Source of the DNA: Promethearchaeati archaeon
Lineage (GTDB): Archaea > Asgardarchaeota > Heimdallarchaeia > Heimdallarchaeales > Heimdallarchaeaceae
Length of the DNA: 64,000 nucleotides
Assembly: GCA_013166775.1 (NCBI GenBank)
Contig: JABLTJ010000016.1
Location: forward strand, 1 to 64,000
Direction: 5' to 3'
Below the pieces are notes generated by a model that was given only the letters and a program-made list of their open reading frames with translations, was not told the origin of the DNA and ran no database searches. Each line of letters starts with the position of its first letter. The first letter of the stretch is position 1. This document shows positions 17,342 through 27,556 of the stretch, piece after piece. Made by a program: the position numbers and the translations under genes.

Positions 17342-18463
17342 GTGACGTTTAAAATTGGCTTTCTAGTTAACCCTATTGCAGGGATAGGTGGGAAAAAAGC
17401 TTGGAAAGGAACGGATGAACTAGATGTTGCATGGGATTTATTTGAAGAGGGAGAAAAATACGCATTTGAGAGAGTTAACAAAGCTCTAGAATCAATCGCT
17501 TCTTCATTACCTCTGTTTTTTTATTTTTGTGGCAATCCAATGGGAGAAGATTTAGTAAGGAGTCTCTCTTTTGATGGTAAAAAGGTTTACTCACCTGAAG
17601 AATCACGCACCAGTGCATTAAATACAAAAGCAGCTTGTAAGATTTTTCTTGAAAAAAATATTGATTTAATTATTTTTGTGGGTGGTGATGGTACTGCTCG
17701 TGATGTTACTTCTATTGTTAGTGATAAAATTCCTGTTCTTGGGATTCCTTCTGGTGTGAAGATGTTCAGTGGTTGCTTCCTCTATCATCCTAGAGATTTA
17801 GGAGAAATCTTAGATGAAATGGTTAATGGTGAAATTGCTTATGCTCCTGAGGATGTTTTAGATGTTGATGAAAAGCTTTTTAGAGAAAATAGAGTTCAAG
17901 CAACATTGTATGGGCAGTTAATAGTTCCCCAAAAAGTTGGTTTAATCCAAGGAGGTAAAATTTCTTCTTCTGTTACTTCAGCTGAAACTTACGATTCTAT
18001 CGCATATGAACTAGTTGATGTGCATAATGTTCTAGACGGATTAATCGTTTTAGGAACTGGAAGTACAGTATATCATATTTTTAAATCGTTAGGAGTAGAA
18101 AAGACATTGCTTGGAGTGGATCTTCTGAAAGATGGAAAGATTCAAGAGAAGGACATAGATGAAGAAACTCTTTATCAAAAAACTAAACAAAAGGACATTA
18201 AAATCATACTTACACCAATCGGAGGTCAAGGATTTCTTCTTGGAAGGGGAAACCAACAGATTAGCTCAAGAGTATTAAAAAATGCAAACAAGTTTGAATT
18301 TCTTATTGTCTCTCCAGAACAAAAATTAGGAACAATAGATATCTTAGAACTAGATTTAGATGAACCAACTTCCATTCCGGATATAAGCAATGGATATATT
18401 AAGGTCTTAACTGGATTTCACAGATACACGCTTACAAAGATAAATGTTCAAATCACTGACTAA
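17342..18463 (+). CDS. ATP-NAD kinase-like family protein
   Basis: NPIAGIGG, GGDGTARD, GVKMFSG, GGQGFLLGRGNQQ. Confidence 0.85.
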   Translation: MTFKIGFLVNPIAGIGGKKAWKGTDELDVAWDLFEEGEKYAFERVNKALESIASSLPLFFYFCGNPMGEDLVRSLSFDGKKVYSPEESRTSALNTKAACKIFLEKNIDLIIFVGGDGTARDVTSIVSDKIPVLGIPSGVKMFSGCFLYHPRDLGEILDEMVNGEIAYAPEDVLDVDEKLFRENRVQATLYGQLIVPQKVGLIQGGKISSSVTSAETYDSIAYELVDVHNVLDGLIVLGTGSTVYHIFKSLGVEKTLLGVDLLKDGKIQEKDIDEETLYQKTKQKDIKIILTPIGGQGFLLGRGNQQISSRVLKNANKFEFLIVSPEQKLGTIDILELDLDEPTSIPDISNGYIKVLTGFHRYTLTKINVQITD

Positions 18464-19365
18464 ATCTCCTCTCTTAACCTCATCTTTAGCTCATGAACAT
18501 CTTCATCATATTCTTTCTTGATTAAATCGGTGGTATGACGAAACTCTGTTGCTTTGATCATGCTTCTTACTTCTTCTATCTTATCAACAACTTCTCTTTT
18601 ATATCTCTCATACTTCTCTTCATCTAGAATCTGATTATGAATCATTCCACTAAGAATCAGAGCCTTTTCTATAAAAACTACAATGGGAAAGCAGATATCA
18701 TAAACAGAAGCTCTACCTTCTTCAGAAATGCAAAGCTTAAGATTCCTTGCTATATCAGGGAGAATCACTACATCAAATAATAGCTTCTGACTTTTTTCAT
18801 TTTCTAGATAATTTAATAGTTGAAGTAAGACATTTTTAAGATCTGGATCAAATATTTTGAACTCTTTTGGTTGAAGTGTCAACATATTATCATCATCAAA
18901 TGCAGGTTCAATGGATTCCTCTTCAATAATAACTTCAGGAATTTCCTCAGTTTCTCCCTCTGCTTGTGTTTTTTCAAGATCTCCCTTTTTAGGTTCTTTC
19001 ACTTTTTTTGTTAAATGATATATTTTTCGTAAATCAAGGAAGACAGCTTTACCACGAAAGACAATGTTGTGAGCTTCTCCTGGTTCATAGATGTATTTTC
19101 CTTCTTTTTCCGCAACTGCTTGAAAAGTTCCATCTTCCCAAATTGGGAAAGATATAGTATAAGAAATACGTGCTGTTCCTTCTTTTGAAAATATTTTAGC
19201 TGCTGTGATATCTGAACTTAGATTGTTTTTATCTCCTATTAGGTATACATTGTCAATTTCAGGGTCTTCCCCCTGATATACTACCACAATTTCTACATAG
19301 TCATTCTCTTTAACATTTACTGATGACATGTAAAGAGGAAAATCATCACTACTCATATTACTCAC
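18460..19365 (-). CDS. Hypothetical protein (beta-rich N-domain, acidic linker, helical C-domain)
   Basis: 301-aa ORF. No recognised family. Confidence 0.7.
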   Translation of the reverse strand: MSNMSSDDFPLYMSSVNVKENDYVEIVVVYQGEDPEIDNVYLIGDKNNLSSDITAAKIFSKEGTARISYTISFPIWEDGTFQAVAEKEGKYIYEPGEAHNIVFRGKAVFLDLRKIYHLTKKVKEPKKGDLEKTQAEGETEEIPEVIIEEESIEPAFDDDNMLTLQPKEFKIFDPDLKNVLLQLLNYLENEKSQKLLFDVVILPDIARNLKLCISEEGRASVYDICFPIVVFIEKALILSGMIHNQILDEEKYERYKREVVDKIEEVRSMIKATEFRHTTDLIKKEYDEDVHELKMRLREEI

Positions 19366-19448
19366 TTCTAATAATTAGTTAAATCAAAAAAAGGTTTTCG
19401 GAACTGATAGCTTCAAAAAATTAAAAAAAATATGCCATTTTGGAAGGA

Positions 19449-20594
19449 TTAATTGAAGAAATCCTGAAGTTTTTCTACAATATAGTTGATGTTCTCGTTA
19501 GTTAGAGATGTTACCATTGGAAGTTCGAAATGCCTTTCTGCGATTGATTCTGCATTAGGACAAGATACTAAAGTATAATCAGGATAATCAATAACTTTGG
19601 AAAGGTGCCATTTTGATAAATCCTGATAGGATGGTTGCTGATATGATAAGACATTATATATTGAACGGGAACCTATGTTATTAGATTTCAAATACTCAAT
19701 CATTTGTTTTTGAGTAATATCTTCTTTCATAATACATGGAGCCATAATGTAATCGGAGTGTTTATGACCAGGTAATATCCTCTGTAATCTTAGATGTTCT
19801 GAATCCTTAAGTAATTCTCTGTACTTGTTTCCATTATAATGCCGTTTTGACATTATCTCTTCTGACCGATCCATTTGAACATTCATTACTGCTGCTGTCA
19901 TGTCAGTCATTCTATAGTTGAAACCAATCAAGTAATGTGCGTATCCTCCTGCTGGATTTCTTCCATGGTTTTTTATACTTGTTATTTTCTGAAACAGTTC
20001 CTCGTCATTAGTTATAATTGCTCCTCCTTCACCGCCAACTAGATTTTTGGTTCCGTAAAAAGAATAACAACCAATACTACTAAAATTACCAACATGTTTT
20101 CCATCTATTGTTGCACCATGACCTTGAGCACAATCTTCTATAACAATTAGTTCTCTATCTTCTGCTATGTCGTTTATTGCATTCATGTCGCAAGGATTTC
20201 CAAAAATATGAACAGGCATGATTGCTTTAGTTTTATCTGTAATTTTTTCCTCTATTTTTTCTGGATCGATATTATATGTTTCAACATCTACATCTGCGAA
20301 AATTGGAATAGCACCTGAAAATAGGATTGAATTAGAAGATGCAATAAATGTGTAAGGTGTCGTAATTACTTCATCTTTGGGACCGATATCCAAAGCAACT
20401 AAAGCTAAGTGTAGAGCACAAGTTCCATTAACAACTGTTGTTGCAAATCTTGATCCAGTAAAATCACAGAATTTTTTCTCAAAAGCGCGTGCATGTTTTC
20501 CCTCAATCAGAATTCTACTCTCAATTACTTCTTTAACTGCTTGCATTTCAAGTTCTTTTATATCAACATCAACTACTGGTATCATTATACTCAC
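19449..20594 (-). CDS. DegT/DnrJ/EryC1/StrS PLP-dependent aminotransferase
   Basis: NGTCALH, IEDCAQGHG, SFYGTKNL (PLP Lys), GEGG, GFNYRM. Confidence 0.95.
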   Translation of the reverse strand: MSIMIPVVDVDIKELEMQAVKEVIESRILIEGKHARAFEKKFCDFTGSRFATTVVNGTCALHLALVALDIGPKDEVITTPYTFIASSNSILFSGAIPIFADVDVETYNIDPEKIEEKITDKTKAIMPVHIFGNPCDMNAINDIAEDRELIVIEDCAQGHGATIDGKHVGNFSSIGCYSFYGTKNLVGGEGGAIITNDEELFQKITSIKNHGRNPAGGYAHYLIGFNYRMTDMTAAVMNVQMDRSEEIMSKRHYNGNKYRELLKDSEHLRLQRILPGHKHSDYIMAPCIMKEDITQKQMIEYLKSNNIGSRSIYNVLSYQQPSYQDLSKWHLSKVIDYPDYTLVSCPNAESIAERHFELPMVTSLTNENINYIVEKLQDFFN

Positions 20595-20680
20595 ATAGCA
20601 TCAATGTTTTTTACTAATTTTGAGTAAAAATAAGTCCTTATTAAGTTTTTGGTGATAACTTTGGTTCTAAAAACAAAATA

Positions 20681-21538
20681 CTATTCATAATAAGGACGTG
20701 AATTGTAGATAAATCCCTTTAGAGATAGGGGTATTTTTATTTTGTTTAATCTTACTTTTCTCTCAGGGTGTTCTAGTAAAGACCATCTCCGATTTACTAG
20801 GGAACCAGGATTTATCATGAAAGAATCTTTAGAGATTTCATAATTAGGTGATTCATGAATATGTCCCGCAATAATGTACGTATAGTTTGATTTGAGAATG
20901 TGATCCCTTATTTCTTTACTACCACCGTGTGATGATTTGTGCGGAATATAGTCAAGGTTAGTATCAAAAGGTGGCTCATGGAACAAACCAACAAAGATAT
21001 AGTCCTCTTCTCTTGGATACTTCTTAATTTTCTTTTCCAGTTCGGAAAGATCTTGGATAATTGCATTAGTATTTTTTTCCCCAGGTGTTTGAAAAGATGT
21101 TCTGTAACTTGCTGGAGAACAAAAACCATAACCTGCAACTACCCATTTATCATATACACAGACTGAATTATCAAGATAGAATATATTATCATGTTTTTCT
21201 GATTCTGTCAAATATATATTTCGAACTTCTGCTACCTCACTATTTCCGTGGGTAAAGAATATAGGATTTTTTAATCCAGAAATGATTTTAAAAAAACGTT
21301 TAGCGGAAGAAATCTGAAATTTAGTAAACTCTTCGAGATATTCCCCATATACTTCGTTAGCATATTTCTCTCTTGAAATTTTTCTGTTTCTTGTTATTGA
21401 TTTTAATATAAGAGAATAAGAAAGAGTGCCTGTGATATCACCTGCTATAAAAATCATATCAGCTTTTCTAAGCTTAGGAATCAATTTCCTTAGATATATT
21501 AAACAGCCATGGATATCACTTAAAACCGCTATTCTCAA
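20681..21538 (-). CDS. Calcineurin-like metallophosphoesterase
   Basis: SDIHG, AGD, GNSE, HEPP, GHIHE. Overlaps the hutH stop. Confidence 0.9.
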   Translation of the reverse strand: MRIAVLSDIHGCLIYLRKLIPKLRKADMIFIAGDITGTLSYSLILKSITRNRKISREKYANEVYGEYLEEFTKFQISSAKRFFKIISGLKNPIFFTHGNSEVAEVRNIYLTESEKHDNIFYLDNSVCVYDKWVVAGYGFCSPASYRTSFQTPGEKNTNAIIQDLSELEKKIKKYPREEDYIFVGLFHEPPFDTNLDYIPHKSSHGGSKEIRDHILKSNYTYIIAGHIHESPNYEISKDSFMINPGSLVNRRWSLLEHPERKVRLNKIKIPLSLKGFIYNSRPYYE

Positions 21539-23076
21539 GACATATCACCAAATATTTCTCCTATTTTTTGCTCTATTATCATTATGAAATTCCTGCTTGT
21601 TATTTTTTCAACAATCCACTCTACTTCTTCATCAAACCTTCTATCATCTTCTAGAGGAGAAATATTCTTTCGAATAAAATCATATACTTCTTTTAAAGCA
21701 ACAGAGATTTTTCTACCCTCCCTGAATTCAAGAGCTTGACATGCTGCATAAATTTCAATCCCTAGAATATCTATTATATGCTTTGTAATTTGATATGCCT
21801 TTTTACTAGATGTTAATCCCATTGAAACGTGATCTTCTTGATTAGCAGAAACCGATATATTATCTATTGATGCTGGAGTAGACAATACTTTGTTCTCTGC
21901 TGCTATGGCTGCAGCCACATATTGAATCATCATTAGGCCAGAATTTAATCCAGGTTTCTTTGTTAGAAATGCTGGTAGTCCAGAGTGTGATGTATCTAAT
22001 AATAAATTGACTCTTCTCTCTGAAATGTTACCCAATTCTGTCAAAGCTATACTCAGATAATCCATAGCTAGACTAATTGGTTCCCCATGAAAATTTCCAC
22101 CTGAAATGACTTCAGACGTTTGAAGATTGATTAGGGGATTATCTGTAACTGAATTGATTTCAATCTCAACTAACTTCTTACAATGAACAATAGCATCTAA
22201 AATTGCTCCATGAACTTGTGGTGAACATCTTATGGAATAAGGATCTTGAATTCGTTTTGGTTCTTTGTTTAGCAAGCTGCTTTCTTTAAGAATATCAAGA
22301 ATAGTTTTGGCAACTTTCATCTGTCCTTTGTGAGGACGCAAATCCATGATAAATGGTGAGAAAGCATTTATGTTTCCTTCAAAAGCTTCAAGAGTTAGTC
22401 CAATTGCAATAATCGAATTTTTCAGAGCATTTAACGAGTCATTGACTGTATGTGCTGCAAAAGAAGTGAGAACATGAGTTCCATTAATTAAAGAAATTCC
22501 TTCCTTCGCACTTAATTCAATTGAAGATAAATCAAGTTTAGAAAGAATTTCTGAACTTTCGAGTATTTCATCCTTAAATTTCGCTTTCCCTTCTCCTAGA
22601 AGTATTCTCGCTATGTATGCAAGAGGAGAAAGATCTCCACTAGCTCCTAAAGAACCAATACTGGGAACGAGTGGTATAACTTTCTCGTTAATTAGCTTCT
22701 CAAGCATCTCTGCAGTTTCAATTCGAATTCCACTCCCTCCTCTGCAAAATGAATTAAGTTCTATAACCATTGCACCTAAAACAATTTCATCAGGAAGGCA
22801 AGGACCAAAACCAATACTATGTGATTTAATTAGATTCTTTTGAAGTATCTCTCTTTCAGATGGGGATATTATTGTATTAGCAAGTTTCCCAAATCCTGTA
22901 GATACTCCATAAATGATTTCGTTTTTCTCAAGTTTATCTTCAATAACTCTTCTTGCTAATTTGATTTTCTTTTCTCCGTTCTCACTAATTTTGATTTTTT
23001 TACTAAAACGAGTTACTTCAAGTAAATCACTTATTGTTAAAGAATCTCCATCTAAAGCAATAACTTCTTGGTGCAT
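21535..23076 (-). CDS. hutH: Histidine ammonia-lyase
   Basis: YGVSTGFG, KSH specificity pair, MIO ASG, QDPYSIRC, GGNFHG, NQEDHVSM. Confidence 0.9.
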   Translation of the reverse strand: MHQEVIALDGDSLTISDLLEVTRFSKKIKISENGEKKIKLARRVIEDKLEKNEIIYGVSTGFGKLANTIISPSEREILQKNLIKSHSIGFGPCLPDEIVLGAMVIELNSFCRGGSGIRIETAEMLEKLINEKVIPLVPSIGSLGASGDLSPLAYIARILLGEGKAKFKDEILESSEILSKLDLSSIELSAKEGISLINGTHVLTSFAAHTVNDSLNALKNSIIAIGLTLEAFEGNINAFSPFIMDLRPHKGQMKVAKTILDILKESSLLNKEPKRIQDPYSIRCSPQVHGAILDAIVHCKKLVEIEINSVTDNPLINLQTSEVISGGNFHGEPISLAMDYLSIALTELGNISERRVNLLLDTSHSGLPAFLTKKPGLNSGLMMIQYVAAAIAAENKVLSTPASIDNISVSANQEDHVSMGLTSSKKAYQITKHIIDILGIEIYAACQALEFREGRKISVALKEVYDFIRKNISPLEDDRRFDEEVEWIVEKITSRNFIMIIEQKIGEIFGDMS

Positions 23077-23223
23077 GATTATTTACCTTTGTTAATTCTT
23101 TAATATCTTTCGTTTTCCTTTCCATATTAAAGAAAAATCTTTCTTGATATTTTAGTTACATTAGGCAAAAATTTTAAACACTCTGCCCAAAGATTTTTAA
23201 AAAATAGATTGTGGGATTAGAAA

Positions 23224-24747
23224 ATGACATATGTTATTACTGGTAAAGGACTTACAATTGAAGATGTTGTCAATGTTGCACGGCATAATGAAAAAGTGGA
23301 AATCCATCCAGATGCAATGGAACGGATGATAAAATGCAGAGAAATGCTAGAAGAGAAAATTGAAGCAAAAGAAATTATGTATGGAATTACAACTGGAATA
23401 GGAGAATTTTCTGAGGTTGTCTTAAATGATGAAGAAGTTTTACTATTTCAAAAATATCTAATATATAATCATGCAGCGGGAATTGGAGAAGCTGCTCCAA
23501 TAGAGCATATTCGCGGAGCGATGTTAGGTAGAATAAATGTTTTGGCAAATGGTTATTCGGGAAATAGACCTATTATTGCACAAACATTTGTTGAAATGCT
23601 TAATAAAGGAGTTACTCCTGAAGTTTGTCGAAAAGGATCTGTGGGTGCTTCTGGTGATTTGGCTCCTATGTCTCAGATTGCTCTTTTATTGATGGGTGAA
23701 GGTCGAGCTTTTTACAAAGGAGAATTGTTACCCGGAAAGGAAGCTATGGATAGAGCTGGCATCGAAATACCTGGTTTACAAGCAAGAGACGGTTTAGCTG
23801 CAATTAACGGATCCAACCTTCTTACAGCGATGAGTGCTATTTTTCTATATGATGCCTTACGATTTATGAAACAAGCAGAAATTGCTTGTGCTATGTCAAT
23901 AGAAGCATTGATGGGTAACTTGAAACCTTATACACCTAAACTTCATGAAATTCGAGGTTTTCCAGGTGCTGTTAGATGTGCAAAAGCTCTCACCAAGCTT
24001 TTCAAAGGTGGAGATCTTTATGAAGGAAAACTAAAAGTTAAGGTACAAGATGCATATTCGATGCGTTCTGCCCCACAAGTTTTAGGTGCTGTACATGATA
24101 CACTGGCTTGGGGTCGTACTCAAGTTGAGATTGAATTAAATGGTGTTGGTGATAATCCTGTTTTCTTTACAGAAGAAAAACTTACACTAACTGGTGCAAA
24201 TTTCCAAGGCACTCCTGTATGCTTACCCATGGATTTAGCTGGTGCTGCGATAACAATGGTTTGTGTTATGTCTGAACGAAGAATGAACAGATTAAATCAT
24301 CCTGCTTTAAGTGTAGGATTACCTCCATTTCTGACAAAAGGTGCTGGATTAATGTCAGGTTTAATGCTAAGTCAATATACTGCTGATATGCAAATTGTGG
24401 AAATGAGAATTCTATCAATGCCTGCTAGTATACAGTCTATACCTGCAGCTGCTGATCAAGAGGATTTTGTTTCTATGGGTATGAATACAGCGCTCAAGAA
24501 TTTCCAAATAATGGATAATGCTTACGGAGTTTTAGGTATTGAATTCATGGCTGCTGCCCAAGCATTAGATTTCAGAGAATTTAACTTTGGCAAAGGCGTT
24601 ACTAAAGCTAAAGAGGTTATTCGAAGACATGTAGAATTTTTAGATGAAGATAGACCATTATTTGATGACCATAACGCAATGAAAGCTCTTGTCAAATCTT
24701 GTGAGATTCTTGAAGAAGTTGAAAAAGAAATAGGAAGTTTAGGCTAA
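23224..24747 (+). CDS. Second MIO-dependent aromatic amino-acid ammonia-lyase (HAL/PAL family), specificity uncertain
   Basis: MIO ASG, QDAYSMR. Variant motifs TTGIG, YNH, GANFQG, DQEDFVSM. Confidence 0.88.
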   Translation: MTYVITGKGLTIEDVVNVARHNEKVEIHPDAMERMIKCREMLEEKIEAKEIMYGITTGIGEFSEVVLNDEEVLLFQKYLIYNHAAGIGEAAPIEHIRGAMLGRINVLANGYSGNRPIIAQTFVEMLNKGVTPEVCRKGSVGASGDLAPMSQIALLLMGEGRAFYKGELLPGKEAMDRAGIEIPGLQARDGLAAINGSNLLTAMSAIFLYDALRFMKQAEIACAMSIEALMGNLKPYTPKLHEIRGFPGAVRCAKALTKLFKGGDLYEGKLKVKVQDAYSMRSAPQVLGAVHDTLAWGRTQVEIELNGVGDNPVFFTEEKLTLTGANFQGTPVCLPMDLAGAAITMVCVMSERRMNRLNHPALSVGLPPFLTKGAGLMSGLMLSQYTADMQIVEMRILSMPASIQSIPAAADQEDFVSMGMNTALKNFQIMDNAYGVLGIEFMAAAQALDFREFNFGKGVTKAKEVIRRHVEFLDEDRPLFDDHNAMKALVKSCEILEEVEKEIGSLG

Positions 24748-24865
24748 TTTTTGATTATTTTTAATAGGGAAACATTGATATTCCCTTTCTTTTATTGTTT
24801 TTTTAGTTTAGAATAAAATGTAAGTAAAACTTAAAAACACTCTAAAAGGCAAAATATTGAGGTTA

Positions 24866-26131
24866 ATGTACTCAGAGGAGAAAGAAGGAATAATCATTTC
24901 TGATGCAACTGAATTATTTCTAGGACCTGTTACAAAATATGAACCAGTATTTTCTAATGAAAAAGCAGACTGTGTTGTCATTAAGAAAGGCAAAATTGTA
25001 ACTATTGGGGAAACTTCAAGAATATTAGGTGAATATTCTAGAAGTGATTATGAGATAATTAATTGCAGCAATAAGGTTGTATGCCCTGGTTTTGTAGATT
25101 CGCATACGCATCTTGTCTTTGCAGGTGATAGATCACATGAATTGAATCTCAAAATACAAGGAAAATCCTATTTGGAAATTGCTAAGGGAGGAGGAGGAAT
25201 TATGTTTTCTGTTAAAAATACACGCAACTCATCAAAAGAGGAATTAACCAATTTAGCACTTCAACGTCTTGATGAAATGCTTCTACATGGAACAACAACA
25301 ATAGAAGCAAAATCTGGATATGGTCTTAATACTAGTGATGAAATTAAATTATTAGAAGTGATGAATGAAGTAAATGAGTTACATCCAATTGATATTATTC
25401 CTACTTTTCTAGGTTGCCATATCAAACCCGATGATTACATTGGAAATCAATGGGAATATGTTGAAAGTATGATGCAATTGTTACCGGAAATAAAAAGAAG
25501 AAACCTTGCAGAATACGTAGATATATGGACTGATCTTGGAGCTTTTACTATAGAAGAATCTAAACTATTTTTGACAGAAGCTTCAAATCAAGGTTTTAAG
25601 CTCCGAGTACATGCTGATGAACTCGATAATGTGGGTGCTGCCTTAATGGCATCAGAAGTTGGTGCTGCATCAGCGGATCATCTGCTTCATGCAGAAGCAG
25701 TATCAGCAAGTGCAATGGCAGAAGCAGGTGTTGTTGCAAACTTACTTCCAGCTACACCTTTTGTATTAATGTCAAAGAAATATGCAAATTATCATATGTT
25801 TAAAGATGCTGGAGTAACTGTTGCCTTATCTTCTGATTTCAATCCTAATTGCTATATTCTTAACATGCAAAGTGTAATTGGATTAGCTTGTTTTATGATG
25901 AAAATGCTACCAGAAGAAGCTCTAGAAGCTTCAACTTATGGCGGAGCTAAATCGCTAAATAGAGAAACAGAATTGGGTTCAATAGATATAGAGAAAAATG
26001 CTGATATCTTAATTCTAGATATTCCGAATATTGATTCTATCCCTTATAGATTTGGTATAAATTATACAGACACCGTAATTAAGAATGGTAAAATTATCGT
26101 AAGAAAAGGAAAAAGAGTTGATATGGCTTAG
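24866..26131 (+). CDS. hutI: Imidazolonepropionase
   Basis: PGFVDSHTHLVFAGDR, EAKSGYGL, HADEL, SADHL, SDFNP. Confidence 0.95.
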   Translation: MYSEEKEGIIISDATELFLGPVTKYEPVFSNEKADCVVIKKGKIVTIGETSRILGEYSRSDYEIINCSNKVVCPGFVDSHTHLVFAGDRSHELNLKIQGKSYLEIAKGGGGIMFSVKNTRNSSKEELTNLALQRLDEMLLHGTTTIEAKSGYGLNTSDEIKLLEVMNEVNELHPIDIIPTFLGCHIKPDDYIGNQWEYVESMMQLLPEIKRRNLAEYVDIWTDLGAFTIEESKLFLTEASNQGFKLRVHADELDNVGAALMASEVGAASADHLLHAEAVSASAMAEAGVVANLLPATPFVLMSKKYANYHMFKDAGVTVALSSDFNPNCYILNMQSVIGLACFMMKMLPEEALEASTYGGAKSLNRETELGSIDIEKNADILILDIPNIDSIPYRFGINYTDTVIKNGKIIVRKGKRVDMA

Positions 26132-26145
26132 ATATCTTTCCTTTA

Positions 26146-27486
26146 TTAGAACAAATACGATATAAATAATGAAATAGCCAATAATATTGAAAAAGTCAAA
26201 CACGTAAGTATAGTCATTGCTTGTGCTGGTATCATTGCTAAGTAGTTATCATAATGTTTTTTCGTAGTAATCATCGCTTTTGTTGAAAAGAACAGTGAAA
26301 TTAGAGCAATAAGACTAAGTGGAGGAAGAATACGCAGTGTTACAAATAAAATAAGTAAGATATAAACAAGAGACATAAAGAAGATATAAATGTAAATGGA
26401 TTTTTCTCTACCAAATCTTACAACCCAGTGTTTCTTTCCAGATGCTTTATCTGCCTCGTAATCAGGGAACTGATTGATAAAAAGTATCAAAGAAATTAAT
26501 AAACCTATTAACGCAGAAGATGCAATTGGTATCCAAGAAAATTGCTCTGCTTGAACATAATAAGAACCAAATACTATTGCAGGTCCAAAACTTAAGAAAA
26601 TAGCTAGTTCTCCTAACCCGTAGTGAAGAATCTTAAAAGGTACTCCTACATAAAAAACACCTAAGAAAACACCACCTAAACCTATGTAAACAATAATGTT
26701 TCCTTGTAGGTTGAAGTTTAAGTAGAATCCAATTGATGTACACGCTAATAAGCTGATAATCGCTCCTAATAGAACTCTAGTTGGTGTGAATATTCGATTT
26801 TGAATAAATCTAGATCCTCCAGAAAAAGGTGTTAATTTAACATTGATTTCATCACTTCCTGAAACGTGATCAAAAAAGTCATTGAATAAATCTGCACTGA
26901 TATGAAAAATAGCAATACCTAAGAAAGTTAAGAAGAAATTTATCCAATTGAAAACACCAAATTCAAAAAAAGCAACAGCTGCACCTACTAATACAGCTCC
27001 CACACTAACAGAAACAAAAGGTAATCGAACTGCTTTCGTCCAGATTTTTAGAGTTCTTAAGAATGAATAGATAATTTCCTTTATAACAGATGGTTTGTTT
27101 TCTGGAAATTTTTCCCTAATTTTCAATTGAGGGACAACAATCTCAAGAGGTTTGATTCTTACTAAAATTATCCTGAAAATCCCTTCAGGTTTAAGCTTAT
27201 CAGATTTTGAAAGTTTCTTAAGAAGTTTCTCCTTTTCAGGATATTCCTTAACAATTTCAGCATATCCATAATATGTAAGTTCCTCAGTACCAGATGAAAC
27301 TGAAACCACTACTTTAGGATTAAAAGAAATCTGTTGAACAACAGATGAGTTTTCAACATTTGCAAAATAAAGATTTAGTCCATCAGAAACATAGGAACAA
27401 TTAGTAAGATCTGAGGAACTATAGCTACATGAAGAAATAAGAAATCTGTTATTTTCTTTGAGTAAATTCTCAACTTGTTCAAGCAT
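26146..27486 (-). CDS. menA: MenA/UBIAD1-type UbiA prenyltransferase with N-terminal pyridoxamine-phosphate-oxidase-like split-barrel domain
   Basis: From about aa 145: AVRLPF, NDFFD, FSGGSR, NQFPDYEAD..GK, many TMs. The first ~120 aa show the LYF...QI..NPKV...YG.AEIV...VRIKP pattern. Confidence 0.8.
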   Translation of the reverse strand: MLEQVENLLKENNRFLISSCSYSSSDLTNCSYVSDGLNLYFANVENSSVVQQISFNPKVVVSVSSGTEELTYYGYAEIVKEYPEKEKLLKKLSKSDKLKPEGIFRIILVRIKPLEIVVPQLKIREKFPENKPSVIKEIIYSFLRTLKIWTKAVRLPFVSVSVGAVLVGAAVAFFEFGVFNWINFFLTFLGIAIFHISADLFNDFFDHVSGSDEINVKLTPFSGGSRFIQNRIFTPTRVLLGAIISLLACTSIGFYLNFNLQGNIIVYIGLGGVFLGVFYVGVPFKILHYGLGELAIFLSFGPAIVFGSYYVQAEQFSWIPIASSALIGLLISLILFINQFPDYEADKASGKKHWVVRFGREKSIYIYIFFMSLVYILLILFVTLRILPPLSLIALISLFFSTKAMITTKKHYDNYLAMIPAQAMTILTCLTFSILLAISLFISYLF

Positions 27487-27556
27487 TACGAAAATACGCT
27501 AGTGTGATGTATTTAAAATTTTACCTCAAAAAAAGAAAAGAAGAAAAAAGGATTCT

